This document shows, piece after piece, positions 19,627 through 31,124 of a stretch of 64,000 bases of DNA. The DNA comes from Candidatus Eiseniibacteriota bacterium (GTDB lineage: Bacteria > Eisenbacteria > RBG-16-71-46). The notes beneath the pieces were generated by a model. It was given only the letters and a program-made list of their open reading frames with translations, searched no databases and was not told where the DNA came from. Position 1 is the first letter of the stretch. Each line of letters begins with the position of its first letter. The stretch spans positions 3,232,001-3,296,000 of the forward strand of contig OY970178.1 in NCBI GenBank assembly GCA_963707915.1, in the 5' to 3' direction. The position numbers were made by a program, and so were the translations under genes.

Positions 19627-20007
19627 TCAGCCCTCGAACACCACCGTCGCGACCGCCAGCCCGCCGTCGTGGGTGAGCGAGACGTGGGCCGCGCTGCAGC
19701 CGAGGGCCGCGAACAACTCCCGCCCGCGGCCGTGGAGCTCGAGGCGCGGCTGGCGGCCACCGGGCTGGACGACCTCGAAGTCCTTCCAGCCGACACCCTG
19801 GCTCATGCCCGTGCCGAGCGCCTTCGAGGCCGCCTCCTTGGCTGCGAAGCGCGCCGCGAGGTGGGGCAGCGGGTCCTGGAACGATCGGCAGTAGGCCAGC
19901 TCGCCCGCGGTGAAGAGACGCCGCTCCATCCGCTCGCCGAAGCGCCCGAGGGCCTCGGCGATGCGCTCGACCTTCACGACATCCACTCCGATCCCGCGGA
20001 CGGGCAT
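19627..20007 (-). CDS. acpS: Holo-[ACP] synthase
   Basis: GIGVDVV, LAARFAAKEAASKALGTG, HVSLTHD. Confidence 0.95.
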   Translation of the reverse strand: MPVRGIGVDVVKVERIAEALGRFGERMERRLFTAGELAYCRSFQDPLPHLAARFAAKEAASKALGTGMSQGVGWKDFEVVQPGGRQPRLELHGRGRELFAALGCSAAHVSLTHDGGLAVATVVFEG

Positions 20008-20134
20008 GGATCCTCCGAAGCCGGTTGAGTGCGCCAATCTAGGGAGCGCGGGCCGGAGTGGCAAGCCCGCCCGACGCGCGCCGGCGGCAGCGGGACCGGC
20101 CCCGCGCCCGGGACGCGCCGCGGCCCGCCCCGCC

Positions 20135-20164
20135 TTGACGCCCCGACGGCCGCCCTCGTAGAGT
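20135..20164 (+). promoter_or_regulatory. Putative sigma70 promoter for the tgt operon
   Basis: TTGACG-18 bp-TAGAGT in the acpS/tgt divergent region. Confidence 0.5.
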
Positions 20165-20291
20165 CCCCGTGAACCTTACCGGCGCTGCGGCCCTGCGGGG
20201 CGCGGCAGTCCGGATGCGAGGTGGCCGGCCGCGGCGGGATCGTCGCGCGTCCTCCGGCCGCCCGGCGCCAGCGGCAACCCCCCGGGGCTCG

Positions 20292-21495
<1,204 letters not shown>

Positions 21496-21542
21496 CAAGC
21501 CCGCCGGCCGCGCAGGCCGGCCTTCCAACCGAGGATCCACCC

Positions 21543-21896
21543 ATGCTCATGGTCAGCAGCGCATTCGCCCAGGGGTTGTTCGGCGGCGGCGGTTCGGCCG
21601 CATCCGGCTCGTCCAACCCCAACATGACGTTCCTCCTGCAGATCGCGCAGTTCCTGCCGATCATCGCCATCTTCTACCTCTTGCTCATCCGCCCGCAGCA
21701 GCAGCAGGCGAAGAAGATGAAGGCGATGCTGGCCGCGCTCAAGAAGGGCGACAAGGTCGTGACCTCGGGCGGTCTGATGGGCACGATCGTCGGTCTCGAG
21801 GAGCAGAAGGCGGTGCTGCGCGTGTCCGACGACGTCAAGATGGAGTTCCTCAAGAGCGCCATCGTGAGCGTCGTGACGGAGGGCCCGCAGAAGTGA
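21543..21896 (+). CDS. yajC: Preprotein translocase subunit YajC
   Basis: [28 protein letters not shown]; follows tgt. Confidence 0.93.
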   Translation: MLMVSSAFAQGLFGGGGSAASGSSNPNMTFLLQIAQFLPIIAIFYLLLIRPQQQQAKKMKAMLAALKKGDKVVTSGGLMGTIVGLEEQKAVLRVSDDVKMEFLKSAIVSVVTEGPQK

Positions 21897-22450
21897 GCCT
21901 GCGGCCGGTGCGCATCTACGGCGACCCCGTGCTGCGCGCGAGGGCGGTCGAGGTGACGGGGGTGGACGACACCCTGCGGCAGCTGATCGCCGACCTGCGC
22001 GAGACCATGCGGGCGTACGGCGGCGTGGGGCTCGCCGCCAACCAGGTCGGCGTGGCGCAGCGCGTGCTGGTCGTGGACGTGCCGCAGGAGGAGGGCGAGC
22101 GCGCGGCGCACGCGCTCGTCAACCCGGTGGTGAAGCGGCGCGTCGGCACCATCAGCGGCGAGGAGGGCTGCCTCTCGCTGCCCGGCATCTGGGAGGACGT
22201 GACGCGCTCCGAGCGCGTGGTGGTCGAGGCGCTCGACGAGGAGGGCCGCCGGCTGGTGCTGGACGCCGAGGGCTACCTCGCGCGCGCCATCCAGCACGAG
22301 ATCGACCACCTCGACGGCGTGCTGTTCGTGGACCGGCTCTCGCCGCTCAAGCGCCAGTTCCTGCGGCGCTCGCTCGACGAGCTGGCGCGCGGCGAGCTGC
22401 CCGAGGACTACCACCCGCCGGTGGACCGGCGGGGGACGCGGAGGCTCCTT
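21893..22450 (+). CDS. def: Peptide deformylase domain (reads in frame into fmt with no stop)
   Basis: [34 protein letters not shown]. End coordinate is an approximate domain boundary. Confidence 0.93.
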
Positions 22451-23411
22451 CTGAGCGGCCCGCGGGTCGTGTTCATGGGCACGCCGGACTTCGCCGTGCC
22501 CGCCCTGCGCGCCGTGGCCCGCTGCTGCGAGGTCGTGCTGGTGGTCACGCAGCCCGACCGGCCGAAGGGCCGCGGCCGCGCGCTGGCCGAATCGGAGGTC
22601 GCGCTCGAGGCGGCGCGGCTCGGCCTGCCGGTCGAGAAGCCCGCGGACATGAAGGCCGCGGCGGTGCGGGAGCGGCTGGCCGCGCTCGCGCCCGACCTGT
22701 TCGCGGTCGTGGCCTTCGGCGCGATCCTCGATCCCGCCCTGCTGGCGGTGCCGCGGCTCGGCTCCGTCAACCTGCACGGCTCGCTCCTGCCGGAGTACCG
22801 CGGGGCCTCGCCGGTGCAGCGCGCGCTGTGGGACGGCCGCGCCTTCACCGGCGTGACCACGCTGTTCATGGACGAGGGTGTGGACACCGGAGAGATGATC
22901 CTGCAGCGCTGGCTCGCGATCGAGCCCGGGGACCACGCCGGCACGCTGGCGGCGAAGCTCGCCGGGCTGGGAGCGCCGCTGCTGGCCGAGAGCCTGCTGC
23001 TCGCGGAGGCCGGCCGGGCGCCGCGGCGCCCGCAGGCGCGGGACGCCGGCTCGTACGCGCGCAAGCTGCGCAAGGAGGACGGCGTGGTGGACTGGGAGCT
23101 CGACGCGGTCACGGTGTGGAACCGGCAGCGGGCGGTGACGCCGTGGCCCGGAGCGACCACCGCCTTCGAGGGCCGGCGCCTGCTGGTCACGGATGCGTGG
23201 CCCGCACCACCGGCTGGCGGTGCCCGATCCGCCGGGGACCGTGCTGGCCGTGACCCGCGAGGGCGTGATGGTGGCCTGCGCCCCCGGCGTGCTGCTGGTG
23301 ACGCGCGTGAAGCCCGAGGGCCGCCCCGGGATGAGCGCGGCCGAGTGGGCGCGCGGCGCGCGGCTCGCGGCCGGCGCGCGCCTGGCGCTCCAGCCGCAGG
23401 TGCCCGCGTGA
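22451..23411 (+). CDS. fmt: Methionyl-tRNA formyltransferase (in frame with def; one frameshift at ~23203)
   Basis: VVFMGTPDFAVP, VTQPDRPKGRG, NLHGSLLPEYRGASP, MDEGVDTG; C-terminal domain (PGTVLA..GVMVAC..VKPEGR) lies in the +1 frame. Confidence 0.9.
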
Positions 23412-25022
23412 GCCCTCCCGGCGGCGGGTCGCGCGGTGGCGAGGGCCGGGGCCAGGGGCCGCGCCGCAAGGCCCGTCCTCCCGCCGTCCCGCCCTCGGGC
23501 CAGGCCGGCGCGGTGAACCGCTCGCGCCCGATCTACGAGCCCGGTCCGAAGCGCGGCCGCAGGCCCGGCGGGCCGGCGCGGCGCTTCGAGCGCCCGGGGG
23601 CGGGGCAGCCCGGCGCGGGCCGCGGCGGCGACCCCGGCCGCGGGCCCGCCGGCCGCCCGGGGCGTCCCTTCGAGGAGGAGGGCCCGCCGCCGCTGCCCTC
23701 GAACCCCCGCGAGGCCGCGCTCCGCATCCTGCACGCGGCCGACACGCGCAGCGCCTTCAGCGACCGGATGCTCGACGGCGCGCACGCGCGCGGCGGCCCC
23801 GATCCGCGCGACCAGGCCCTCATGCACGAGCTGGTGAAGGGCACCCTGCGCTGGCGCGGCCGGCTGGACTGGGCGCTCGACCCGCTGATCCACATCGGCT
23901 TCTCGCAGGTCCAGCCCTGGATCCGGAACATCCTGCGGCTCGGCGCCTACCAGATCCTGTTCCTCGACCGCGTGCCGCCGCACGCCGCGGTGGACGAGTC
24001 GGTGAAGCTCGCGCACAAGTACGGGCACCCCGGCACGGCCGGGCTGGTGAACAGCGTGCTGCGCCGGCTGGTCGAGGAGAAGGACACGCTCGTGCCGCCG
24101 CCGGGCGACGACGCCGAGTCGCTGTCGGTGTGGGGCTCGCATCCGCGCTGGATCGTCGAGCGCTGGCTCGCGCGCTTCGGTCCCGAGGCCACGCGCGCGC
24201 TGCTGATGGCCGACAACCGCGCGGTGCCGGTGGGGCTGCGCGTGAACCGCCTGCGCGTGACGCGCGACGAGCTGGTCGCGAAGCTCGCGGAGGCGGGGGT
24301 GACCGCGACGCCCGCGCGGCTGGCGAGCGACCTGGTGTGGATCGAGGGCACGCACGCGCCGGGCGCCCTCGAGGTGTTCAAGCGCGGGCTGTGCACGGTG
24401 CAGGACGAGAGCGAGGCGCTGGTCTGCCGCCTGGTCGCCCCGCAGCCGCACGAGCGGCTGCTCGACCTGTGCGCGGCGCCCGGCGGCAAGTGCACGCACC
24501 TGGCGGAGCTGATGGACGACGAGGGCGAGGTCTGGGCGATGGAACGTGCCGAGGCGCGCGTCGCCTCGCTGCGAGGCCACGGTCACGCGGCTCGGCACCC
24601 ACGCGGTGCACGTCGTGCTCGGGGACGGGCGCTCCTACCCGTTCCCGATGCCCTTCGACCGCGTGCTGGTGGACGCGCCCTGCACCGGGCTCGGCGTGCT
24701 CGGCCGCCGTGCCGACGCGCGCTGGCGCAAGGGACCGGAGATGCTGCGCGAGCTGCCGCCGACGCAGCTCGAGCTGCTCTCGGCCGGCGGACGCCGGGCG
24801 CGCCCGGGCGGCGTGCTGGTCTACAGCGTCTGCTCGTTCGAGCCCGAGGAGACGACCGCGGTGGTCGAGCGCTTCCTGCGCCAGGACCCGGCCTTCGTGC
24901 TGGAGAGCACGCACGGCCTGGTGCCCGACGAACTCGTGGACGAGGACGGCTTCATGCGCGTCCTGCCCCACGTGCACGGCTGTGACGGCGCCTTCGCCGC
25001 GCGCTTCCGCAAGCTCCTGTGA
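23408..25022 (+). CDS. rsmB: 16S rRNA (cytosine967-C5)-methyltransferase RsmB/Sun (one frameshift at ~24572)
   Basis: NusB-like domain (ILRLGAYQILFLDRVPPHAAVDESV), VQDESE, LDLCAAPGGK, then DRVLVDAPCTGLG and YSVCS in the next frame; G/P/R-rich N-terminal extension. Confidence 0.9.
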
Positions 25023-25855
25023 GCCCCGAACCGGACGGCGGCGGACACCGCGACGACGCGCCCGGGGCGCCCACCGCGCCCACGGCGCCCGAGGCGGCGA
25101 CCTGGCCGCGCGTGGAGCGCCGGCGGCCGGGCCGCGCGCAGCGCACGGCGATGATCCTGCTGGTGCTGGCCGGCGCGGCGTTCGCCACCGGTCTGGCGCT
25201 CTTCAACGGGCTGGTGATGCCGCAGCTCATCCACGGCCGCGGCGAGGTGCGCGTGCCGGACCTCGCCAGCCTGAGCGTGGAGCAGGCCGAGCAGTCCCTG
25301 CGGCAGCTGGGGCTCCGGCTCTCGCGCTCGGGCGAGCGCTTCGACCCGGCCGTGCCGCGCGGGCTCGTCCTGCAGCAGGACCCGCCGGCCCAGACCGCGG
25401 TGCGCGCGGGCCGTCGCGTCTCGGTGGTGGTGAGCTTGGGGGAGGAGTTCAGCTCGGTGCCGCAGTTGTTCGGCATCTCGCTGCGGGGCGCGCGCGTCCT
25501 GGTCGAGCGCACCGGTCTCACCGTGGGCGGCGTGACGCGCGCGCCGTCGGAGGACGTGGGCGAGGGGCTGGTCGTGGCGACCGACCCGCCGGCCGAGAGC
25601 GTGCTGCCGCGCGAGGCGCCGGTGGGCCTGCTGGTCTCGACCGGCAGCGCGGCCGAGAGCTTCGTGATGCCCGAGCTCCTCGGCCGCGACCTGCTCGCCG
25701 TGCGCCGCCAGCTCGAGGCCATCGGCTTTCGCGTGGTGACCCCCGAGGGCGCGAGCGCGCGCGGCATGGTCATCGTGCAGCAGCCGGCGCCGGGCCTGCG
25801 GGTGGACCGCGGCACGCTCGTCACCCTTCAGGGCAACGGGAGGTCATCGTCATGA
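25019..25855 (+). CDS. Membrane-anchored PASTA-domain protein (three PASTA repeats, no kinase)
   Basis: One TM helix, then VPDL..A...L...GL, VPQLFG and MPELLG repeats with QDPPA/TDPPA/QPAPG. Confidence 0.88.
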   Translation: MSPEPDGGGHRDDAPGAPTAPTAPEAATWPRVERRRPGRAQRTAMILLVLAGAAFATGLALFNGLVMPQLIHGRGEVRVPDLASLSVEQAEQSLRQLGLRLSRSGERFDPAVPRGLVLQQDPPAQTAVRAGRRVSVVVSLGEEFSSVPQLFGISLRGARVLVERTGLTVGGVTRAPSEDVGEGLVVATDPPAESVLPREAPVGLLVSTGSAAESFVMPELLGRDLLAVRRQLEAIGFRVVTPEGASARGMVIVQQPAPGLRVDRGTLVTLQGNGRSSS

Positions 25856-26529
25856 GTGCTGCGCCGCATCCGCTCACCGGCCCGATCGTGGCTCCCTCGC
25901 TGCTCTCGGCCGACCTCGCGCGCCTCGACGCGGCGCTGGCCATCGTGGACCCCGCGCGTGACTGGGTGCACTGCGACATCATGGACAACCACTTCGTGCC
26001 GAACCTCACCTTCGGGCCGATCGTGGTGGCCGCGGCCCGGCGGCTCACCGGCGCGTTCCTCGACGTGCACCTGATGGTCGAGCGGCCCGAGACCCTGCTC
26101 GCGGGCTTCCGGGCCGCGGGTGCCGACCTTCTCACGGTGCACCTCGAGGCCTGCGCCGACCCCGGCGCGACGCTGGCCGCGGTGCGCGCGACCGGCGCGC
26201 AGGTCGGACTGACGCTCCGGCCGGGCACGCCGTTCGCCCAGGCCGAGCCGTGGCTGGCGGACCTCGACCTGTTCCTGGTCATGACCGTCGAGCCGGGCTT
26301 CGGCGGGCAGGCGTTCATGCCCGGCATGCTGGAGAAGGTGCGCGCGGCGCGGGAGTGGCGCGCGCGGCACGGGGCGCGCTACCGCATCGAGGTGGACGGC
26401 GGCATCTCGCCGGCGACCGCGCCGCAGTGCCGCGCGGCCGGCGCGGACGTGTTCGTGGCGGGCAGCGCCATCTACTCGCAGGACGATCCGCAGCGGGCGC
26501 TGGAGGCACTGCGCGCCGCGATCGGCTGA
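25852..26529 (+). CDS. rpe: Ribulose-phosphate 3-epimerase
   Basis: APSLLSAD, HCDIMDNHFVPNLTFG, DVHLM, MTVEPGFGGQ, EVDGGI, VAGSA. Confidence 0.97.
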   Translation: MSAAPHPLTGPIVAPSLLSADLARLDAALAIVDPARDWVHCDIMDNHFVPNLTFGPIVVAAARRLTGAFLDVHLMVERPETLLAGFRAAGADLLTVHLEACADPGATLAAVRATGAQVGLTLRPGTPFAQAEPWLADLDLFLVMTVEPGFGGQAFMPGMLEKVRAAREWRARHGARYRIEVDGGISPATAPQCRAAGADVFVAGSAIYSQDDPQRALEALRAAIG

Positions 26530-26599
26530 GGACCGCGCGTCGGGCGGCGCGCCGGCCGCGCGCCGGCGCACGCGCGACACCGCAGGCAGGGAGGAAGCG

Positions 26600-27121
26600 A
26601 TGGGCCAGCTGGACGAGGTGCTGAACGCCGACGAGAAGCTGCTGTTCCGCACCCGGCTGCACTGGCTGCCGTGCGCGCCGTCCGCGCTCGTGGTCGTGCT
26701 GATCGGCGTGGCCGTCATCGCCGCGCTGGCGGTGTTCGCGCGCGGTCCCGTGGCGGACCTGTTCGCCCGCGAGCCGATGCTGGCCTCGATCCTCGCGCTC
26801 GGGCTGGTGCTGGTCGTGATCATGCCGCTGGTCGTCATCCGCTTCCTGGTCGCCACGCACCAGTTCGGGGTGACCGACCGGCGCGTGATCGCCCGCATGG
26901 GCTGGGTCAGCACGCGCACCGTGGACCTGAACGTGACCAAGGTGGAGTCGCTGGTGATCGAGCAGGGCGCGCTCGGGCGCCTGTTCCGCTACGGCGACCT
27001 CAAGGTGGTGGGCACCGGCGGGACCGCCGAGGTCTTCCGCGGCGTGAAGGACCCGATCGGCTTCCGCAAGGCGGTGAACCTGGCCGCGGACCGCACCGGG
27101 GCGGGGGTGGGAAGGGCGTGA
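26600..27121 (+). CDS. Bacterial PH-domain (bPH_2) membrane protein
   Basis: Two TM helices, then VTDRRVIAR.G.. and QG.LGRLF.YGDL.V. Confidence 0.82.
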   Translation: MGQLDEVLNADEKLLFRTRLHWLPCAPSALVVVLIGVAVIAALAVFARGPVADLFAREPMLASILALGLVLVVIMPLVVIRFLVATHQFGVTDRRVIARMGWVSTRTVDLNVTKVESLVIEQGALGRLFRYGDLKVVGTGGTAEVFRGVKDPIGFRKAVNLAADRTGAGVGRA

Positions 27122-27127
27122 GGCCCG

Positions 27128-28957
27128 TCAACGGACTTGCGGCCGCCCAGGCTCAGCCGACGGTCGCGCCGAGCGCGCGATCTGCCGGGCCAGCCAGTCG
27201 GTCGAGTCGCGCACGGCGCTGAGCGGATAGCCCATCCTGCCGGCGACGAGCGCGTAGCACGACTCGGCGCGCACTGCGTCGCCCATCAGCCGATAGCACG
27301 CTGCCGCGTAGACCAGCCCATGGGCGCCCCATGGCAGAGAACTCAGCTTGCCATACTCTGTCGCGGCGGCGGGCAGGTCCCAGGCACGTAGGAACAGGTC
27401 CGCGAGGACCTCGTGGTCGTGCTCCCACGAGGGATTCGTGCGCTGGGCGAGATCCACTGCCTCGGGTCCCCGGTGCACTTCGATGAGACCGGCGGTGCTG
27501 TCGAACCTGAAGAAGAAGTCGCGCTCCTCGTGACCGTCGACGCGGGGTGTGTACTGCGAGTAGTAGAGCCCCCTCAGGGTGGTGTCGCGGTACCACACGC
27601 GCAGACTCGGGCCGTCGCCGGCCAGGAGGCCGATGTTGTTGGGAACATGCACGAAGAAGATGCGCGAGGCCGGCGGGAACGATGGGTACTGCCGCACGAG
27701 CTCCTGACGGATGGCTCCGAGGATGTTTCCCGCCCGGTGCAGGTACCATTCGCTGCCCCAGTCCCAGGACAGCGTGTAGGCTTGGGAAGCTCTAAGCATT
27801 GCCAGGAGCGTGACCAAGAGGACGGCCGCGCGAGGCCACCGGGACAGCCAGGTCCCGATGATCAGCCAGGCCCCGAGCGATCCCATCACACCGTAGTACG
27901 CATGCCAGCCGATTGAAGGCATCAGGAGGACGCTCCAGCCTGCCAGAGCCAAGATGAGGCCGAGCAGCATGACGCGGCCCGGTCGCGGCAACGTCTCGTC
28001 ACTTCGGGAGCGTACAGCTCCCAGCCCGACGAGGGCGGCGAGGATGACCGCTCCCGCAACCCCAACCGCCAGCGACGTCCCGACGTAGCCGTTGGGGTGC
28101 GGCAGGGAGTCGAGGTTGATCTGGGCCAGCAAGGTCCTGGCGATGGTCGTGACCGGCGACGGTCGCTCGACCGTCTCCAGCGAGGTGCGAAGCGTGCCGA
28201 AGAACCTTGTTCCCAGCAACGGGTGAGTCAGAGCCCATGCCAGAGTGATCAGCCACAGATGCAGTGTGCACAGCGTGGACTCCCACACACTCCGCCTATT
28301 CAAGAGCACGAGGCAGCCGACCGCCAGGGCCGGAAGGACCACCGCGGATTCCTTACTCATCAGGGCGAGGGCCATGGGTGCCGTTGCCCACGCGAGTCGG
28401 CCACGCGCGATCAGGTGCAGAAACACGAGAGAGAAGAGCAGGACCCACAGGTCCTGCGCCCCCGCGGCCCACGAAAGTGGTGTGCCCCAGAGCGCCAGGC
28501 TAGCGAGTCCCGCCGTCGCGATCGCGGCGGCGGCCTGGCCCGCGACCCGGCGCACCCAAGCGAAGTACATACCCATGACGCCTAGCCACAGCGCGAAGCT
28601 GACCACGTGGTAGGGCGGTTCCCAGGGCCCGAAGACGTGCTGGAGCACCCAGTAGTGCAACTCTCGCGACCAGGGTCGGTACCAGCCGAAGAGGAGGTCA
28701 TGCCGCTTCCAAAGCGAGCTGAAGGAGGCGAGGCGCGTGCCATCCAGGAAGAAGTAGTCGTCGTTGACGAACGCCAGGGAGAATACGTGCGGGTACTGCG
28801 TGGCGAGAAACATGAGCAACAGGAGCAGAGTCGCGGGCAGAGCGATGAGCCTCCCCGGGAGCCGAGGGCTGGCGCCGCGAGGCCCCGGACTGTCGGGCGG
28901 AACCCGCGTTCTCCCGGTTCGCTGGTTGCTCCTCCCGGCCGGATGGGGATGTCTCAT
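27128..28957 (-). CDS. GT-C-like polytopic membrane protein (putative glycosyltransferase) with TPR-like C-terminus
   Basis: FVNDDY, WYRPWS, YHVVS and ALMSKESAVVLP motifs typical of GT-C/TMTC-like proteins; codon usage less GC3-biased than flanks. Start uncertain. Confidence 0.7.
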   Translation of the reverse strand: MRHPHPAGRSNQRTGRTRVPPDSPGPRGASPRLPGRLIALPATLLLLLMFLATQYPHVFSLAFVNDDYFFLDGTRLASFSSLWKRHDLLFGWYRPWSRELHYWVLQHVFGPWEPPYHVVSFALWLGVMGMYFAWVRRVAGQAAAAIATAGLASLALWGTPLSWAAGAQDLWVLLFSLVFLHLIARGRLAWATAPMALALMSKESAVVLPALAVGCLVLLNRRSVWESTLCTLHLWLITLAWALTHPLLGTRFFGTLRTSLETVERPSPVTTIARTLLAQINLDSLPHPNGYVGTSLAVGVAGAVILAALVGLGAVRSRSDETLPRPGRVMLLGLILALAGWSVLLMPSIGWHAYYGVMGSLGAWLIIGTWLSRWPRAAVLLVTLLAMLRASQAYTLSWDWGSEWYLHRAGNILGAIRQELVRQYPSFPPASRIFFVHVPNNIGLLAGDGPSLRVWYRDTTLRGLYYSQYTPRVDGHEERDFFFRFDSTAGLIEVHRGPEAVDLAQRTNPSWEHDHEVLADLFLRAWDLPAAATEYGKLSSLPWGAHGLVYAAACYRLMGDAVRAESCYALVAGRMGYPLSAVRDSTDWLARQIARSARPSAEPGRPQVR

Positions 28958-29235
28958 CGCGTGGGCATAGGCACGGTCACGGTTTGGCAGGTCTCCAGTC
29001 CTCGATACGTCCCTTGGTCGAGGATCGAATCTTGCCGCCGGAGTGCGGGGCTGTCCAGCCCCCGTGGCGTGGGCAACCCCCCCCTCGGAGGCGGAATCGG
29101 AGGCCACCCGCCTCGGCCCGGACCCAGCCCCCCCTGCCGGGCGCGGCGTAGCGGCGCGGTGCCGCCGGTGGCGCGCTCTGGAGCGCGCTCCGCCGCTGTG
29201 CTAACTTCCACGCCCTCGCCGAACGGAAAGGACCC

Positions 29236-30564
29236 GTGTTCGAAGCACTCGCCGACCGACTCCAGGGCATCGTCCGGAACCTGACCGGGCAGGCTCGCAT
29301 CACGCCCGAGAACATCCGGGAGAGCCTGCGGGAGGTCCGCCGCGCACTGATCGAGGCCGACGTGCAGGTCGGGGTGGCGCGCGACTTCGTCGCCCGGGTC
29401 GAGTCGCGCGCGGTTGGCGAGGAGGTGCTCAAGAGCCTCTCGGCGGGACAGCAGGTCGTCGGCATCGTCAGGGAGGAGCTCGAACGCCTGCTGGGGCGCA
29501 CGCCGGTGACGCTGGCCGGATCGCCGCACGTCCCGACCGTGGTGCTGCTCGCCGGCCTGCAGGGCTCGGGCAAGACCACCTTCGCGGGCAAGCTGGCGGT
29601 GTGGCTCAAGGCACGTTCCAAGCGCGTGCTGCTGGCGAGCGCGGACGTCTACCGCCCCGCGGCGGTGGACCAGCTCGAGCGGGTGGCGGAGCAGGCGGGG
29701 GCGGGGTTCTGGCGGGCGCCGGACGGCACGGCGCCGGTCGAGATCGCGCGCGCGGCGCTGGAACAGGCGCGCACGCGCGGCTTCGACTTCCTGGTGTTCG
29801 ACACCGCGGGACGGCTGCAGATCGACGAGCCGATGATGGTCGAGCTGGAGGCGATCAAGCAGGCGGTACGGGCGCACCAGGTGCTGCTGGTGGTGGACGG
29901 GATGACCGGGCAGGAGGCGGTCCGCATCGGGGAGACCTTCACCCGGCGCGTGGGCGTGGACGGCCTGGTGCTGAGCAAGATGGACGGCGACGCGCGCGGC
30001 GGCGCCGCGCTCTCGCTGCGGCAGGTGACCGGCAAGCCCATCCTGTTCCTGGGGGTGGGCGAGAAGCTCGACGGGCTCGAGACCTTCGACCCGGCGCGGC
30101 TCGCCGGCCGCATCCTGGGGATGGGCGACATCGTCGGGCTGGTGGAGAAGGCGCGCGCGGCGGTGAACGAGCAGGAAGCGGCGCAGCTGGCCGAGAAGAT
30201 GCGCCGCTCGGACTTCACGCTGGAGGACTTCCTCGAGCAGCTCCTGCAGGTGAAGAAGATGGGGCCGATCGAGGACCTGATGAAGATGCTGCCCGGGATG
30301 CCGAAGGCGGCGCTGGAGCAGGCCCGGCCCGATCACGGCCGGCTCAAGCGCCACGAGGCCATCCTGCTCAGCATGACCCGGAAGGAGCGGCGGTCGCCGC
30401 GGTTGATCGACGGCAGCCGGCGGCGGCGCATCGCCGCGGGCAGCGGCACGGCGGTGAGCGACGTGAATCAGTTGTTGCGGGACTTCGAGCAGGCGCGCAC
30501 CATGATGAAGCGCCTGAAGCAGGGGCCGCGCGGTCTGGCGGGGCTCAGACGCGGCCGCGGCTAG
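29236..30564 (+). CDS. ffh: Signal recognition particle protein
   Basis: GLQGSGKTT, DVYRPAA, DTAGRLQID, SKMDGDARGGAALS, SRRRRIAAGSG. Confidence 0.98.
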   Translation: MFEALADRLQGIVRNLTGQARITPENIRESLREVRRALIEADVQVGVARDFVARVESRAVGEEVLKSLSAGQQVVGIVREELERLLGRTPVTLAGSPHVPTVVLLAGLQGSGKTTFAGKLAVWLKARSKRVLLASADVYRPAAVDQLERVAEQAGAGFWRAPDGTAPVEIARAALEQARTRGFDFLVFDTAGRLQIDEPMMVELEAIKQAVRAHQVLLVVDGMTGQEAVRIGETFTRRVGVDGLVLSKMDGDARGGAALSLRQVTGKPILFLGVGEKLDGLETFDPARLAGRILGMGDIVGLVEKARAAVNEQEAAQLAEKMRRSDFTLEDFLEQLLQVKKMGPIEDLMKMLPGMPKAALEQARPDHGRLKRHEAILLSMTRKERRSPRLIDGSRRRRIAAGSGTAVSDVNQLLRDFEQARTMMKRLKQGPRGLAGLRRGRG

Positions 30565-30601
30565 CACGCGGCGCACATCCAGTGAAAGAGGAGGATTCCC
30601 G

Positions 30602-31030
30602 ATGGCGGTGGTGATTCGTCTCATGCGGGCCGGCGCGAAGAAGCGGCCCTTCTACCGGTTGGTGGCGGCGGACTCGCGGCGTCAGCGCGACGGGCGGTTC
30701 CTGGAGATCCTGGGGCACTACAATCCCATCACCCAGCCCTTCGAGCTGGTCGTGCAGAAGGACCGGGTGCAGTCCTGGCTGGACCAGGGCGCCCAGCCCA
30801 GCCAGCAGGTCGCCTCGCTGCTGCGCGCGACCGGGATGAAGCTCGGCAAGGCCTCGAAGCCCACGAAGAAGGCCGCGCCCGCCGGCACCGCCGCCAAGCC
30901 GCGCACGCGTCGCAAGCCGCGCCCGGTCTCAGAGCGCAAGACCAAGGTGAAGGCGGCGAAGGAGTCCGCGAAGAAGTCCGGCAAGGTCGTGCCGAAGAAG
31001 GGCGCGAAGCGCAAGGCGGCCGAGAAGTAG
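30602..31030 (+). CDS. rpsP: 30S ribosomal protein S16 with Lys/Arg-rich C-terminal extension
   Basis: MAVVIRLMRAGAKKRPFYRLVAADSR..RDGRFLEILGHYNP; GAGGAGG SD. Confidence 0.97.
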   Translation: MAVVIRLMRAGAKKRPFYRLVAADSRRQRDGRFLEILGHYNPITQPFELVVQKDRVQSWLDQGAQPSQQVASLLRATGMKLGKASKPTKKAAPAGTAAKPRTRRKPRPVSERKTKVKAAKESAKKSGKVVPKKGAKRKAAEK

Positions 31031-31124
31031 GGCCGCCGCAGCGCATGGCCCCGCGCCCGATGCACCGCCTCCGCGCCCGCCGCGGAGCGCTCCGGGCCGC
31101 GGGGCGTGGGCCGTGGAGCCGCCG

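Noticed and set aside
20170..20291. preQ1 riboswitch or other ncRNA in the tgt leader
   Set aside because: Stems can be drawn, but the region is extremely GC-rich and lacks preQ1 motifs such as the A-rich tail.
29040..29235. SRP RNA (ffs) upstream of ffh
   Set aside because: The conserved domain IV motif (CAGG..GGAA..AGCAG) is not present.
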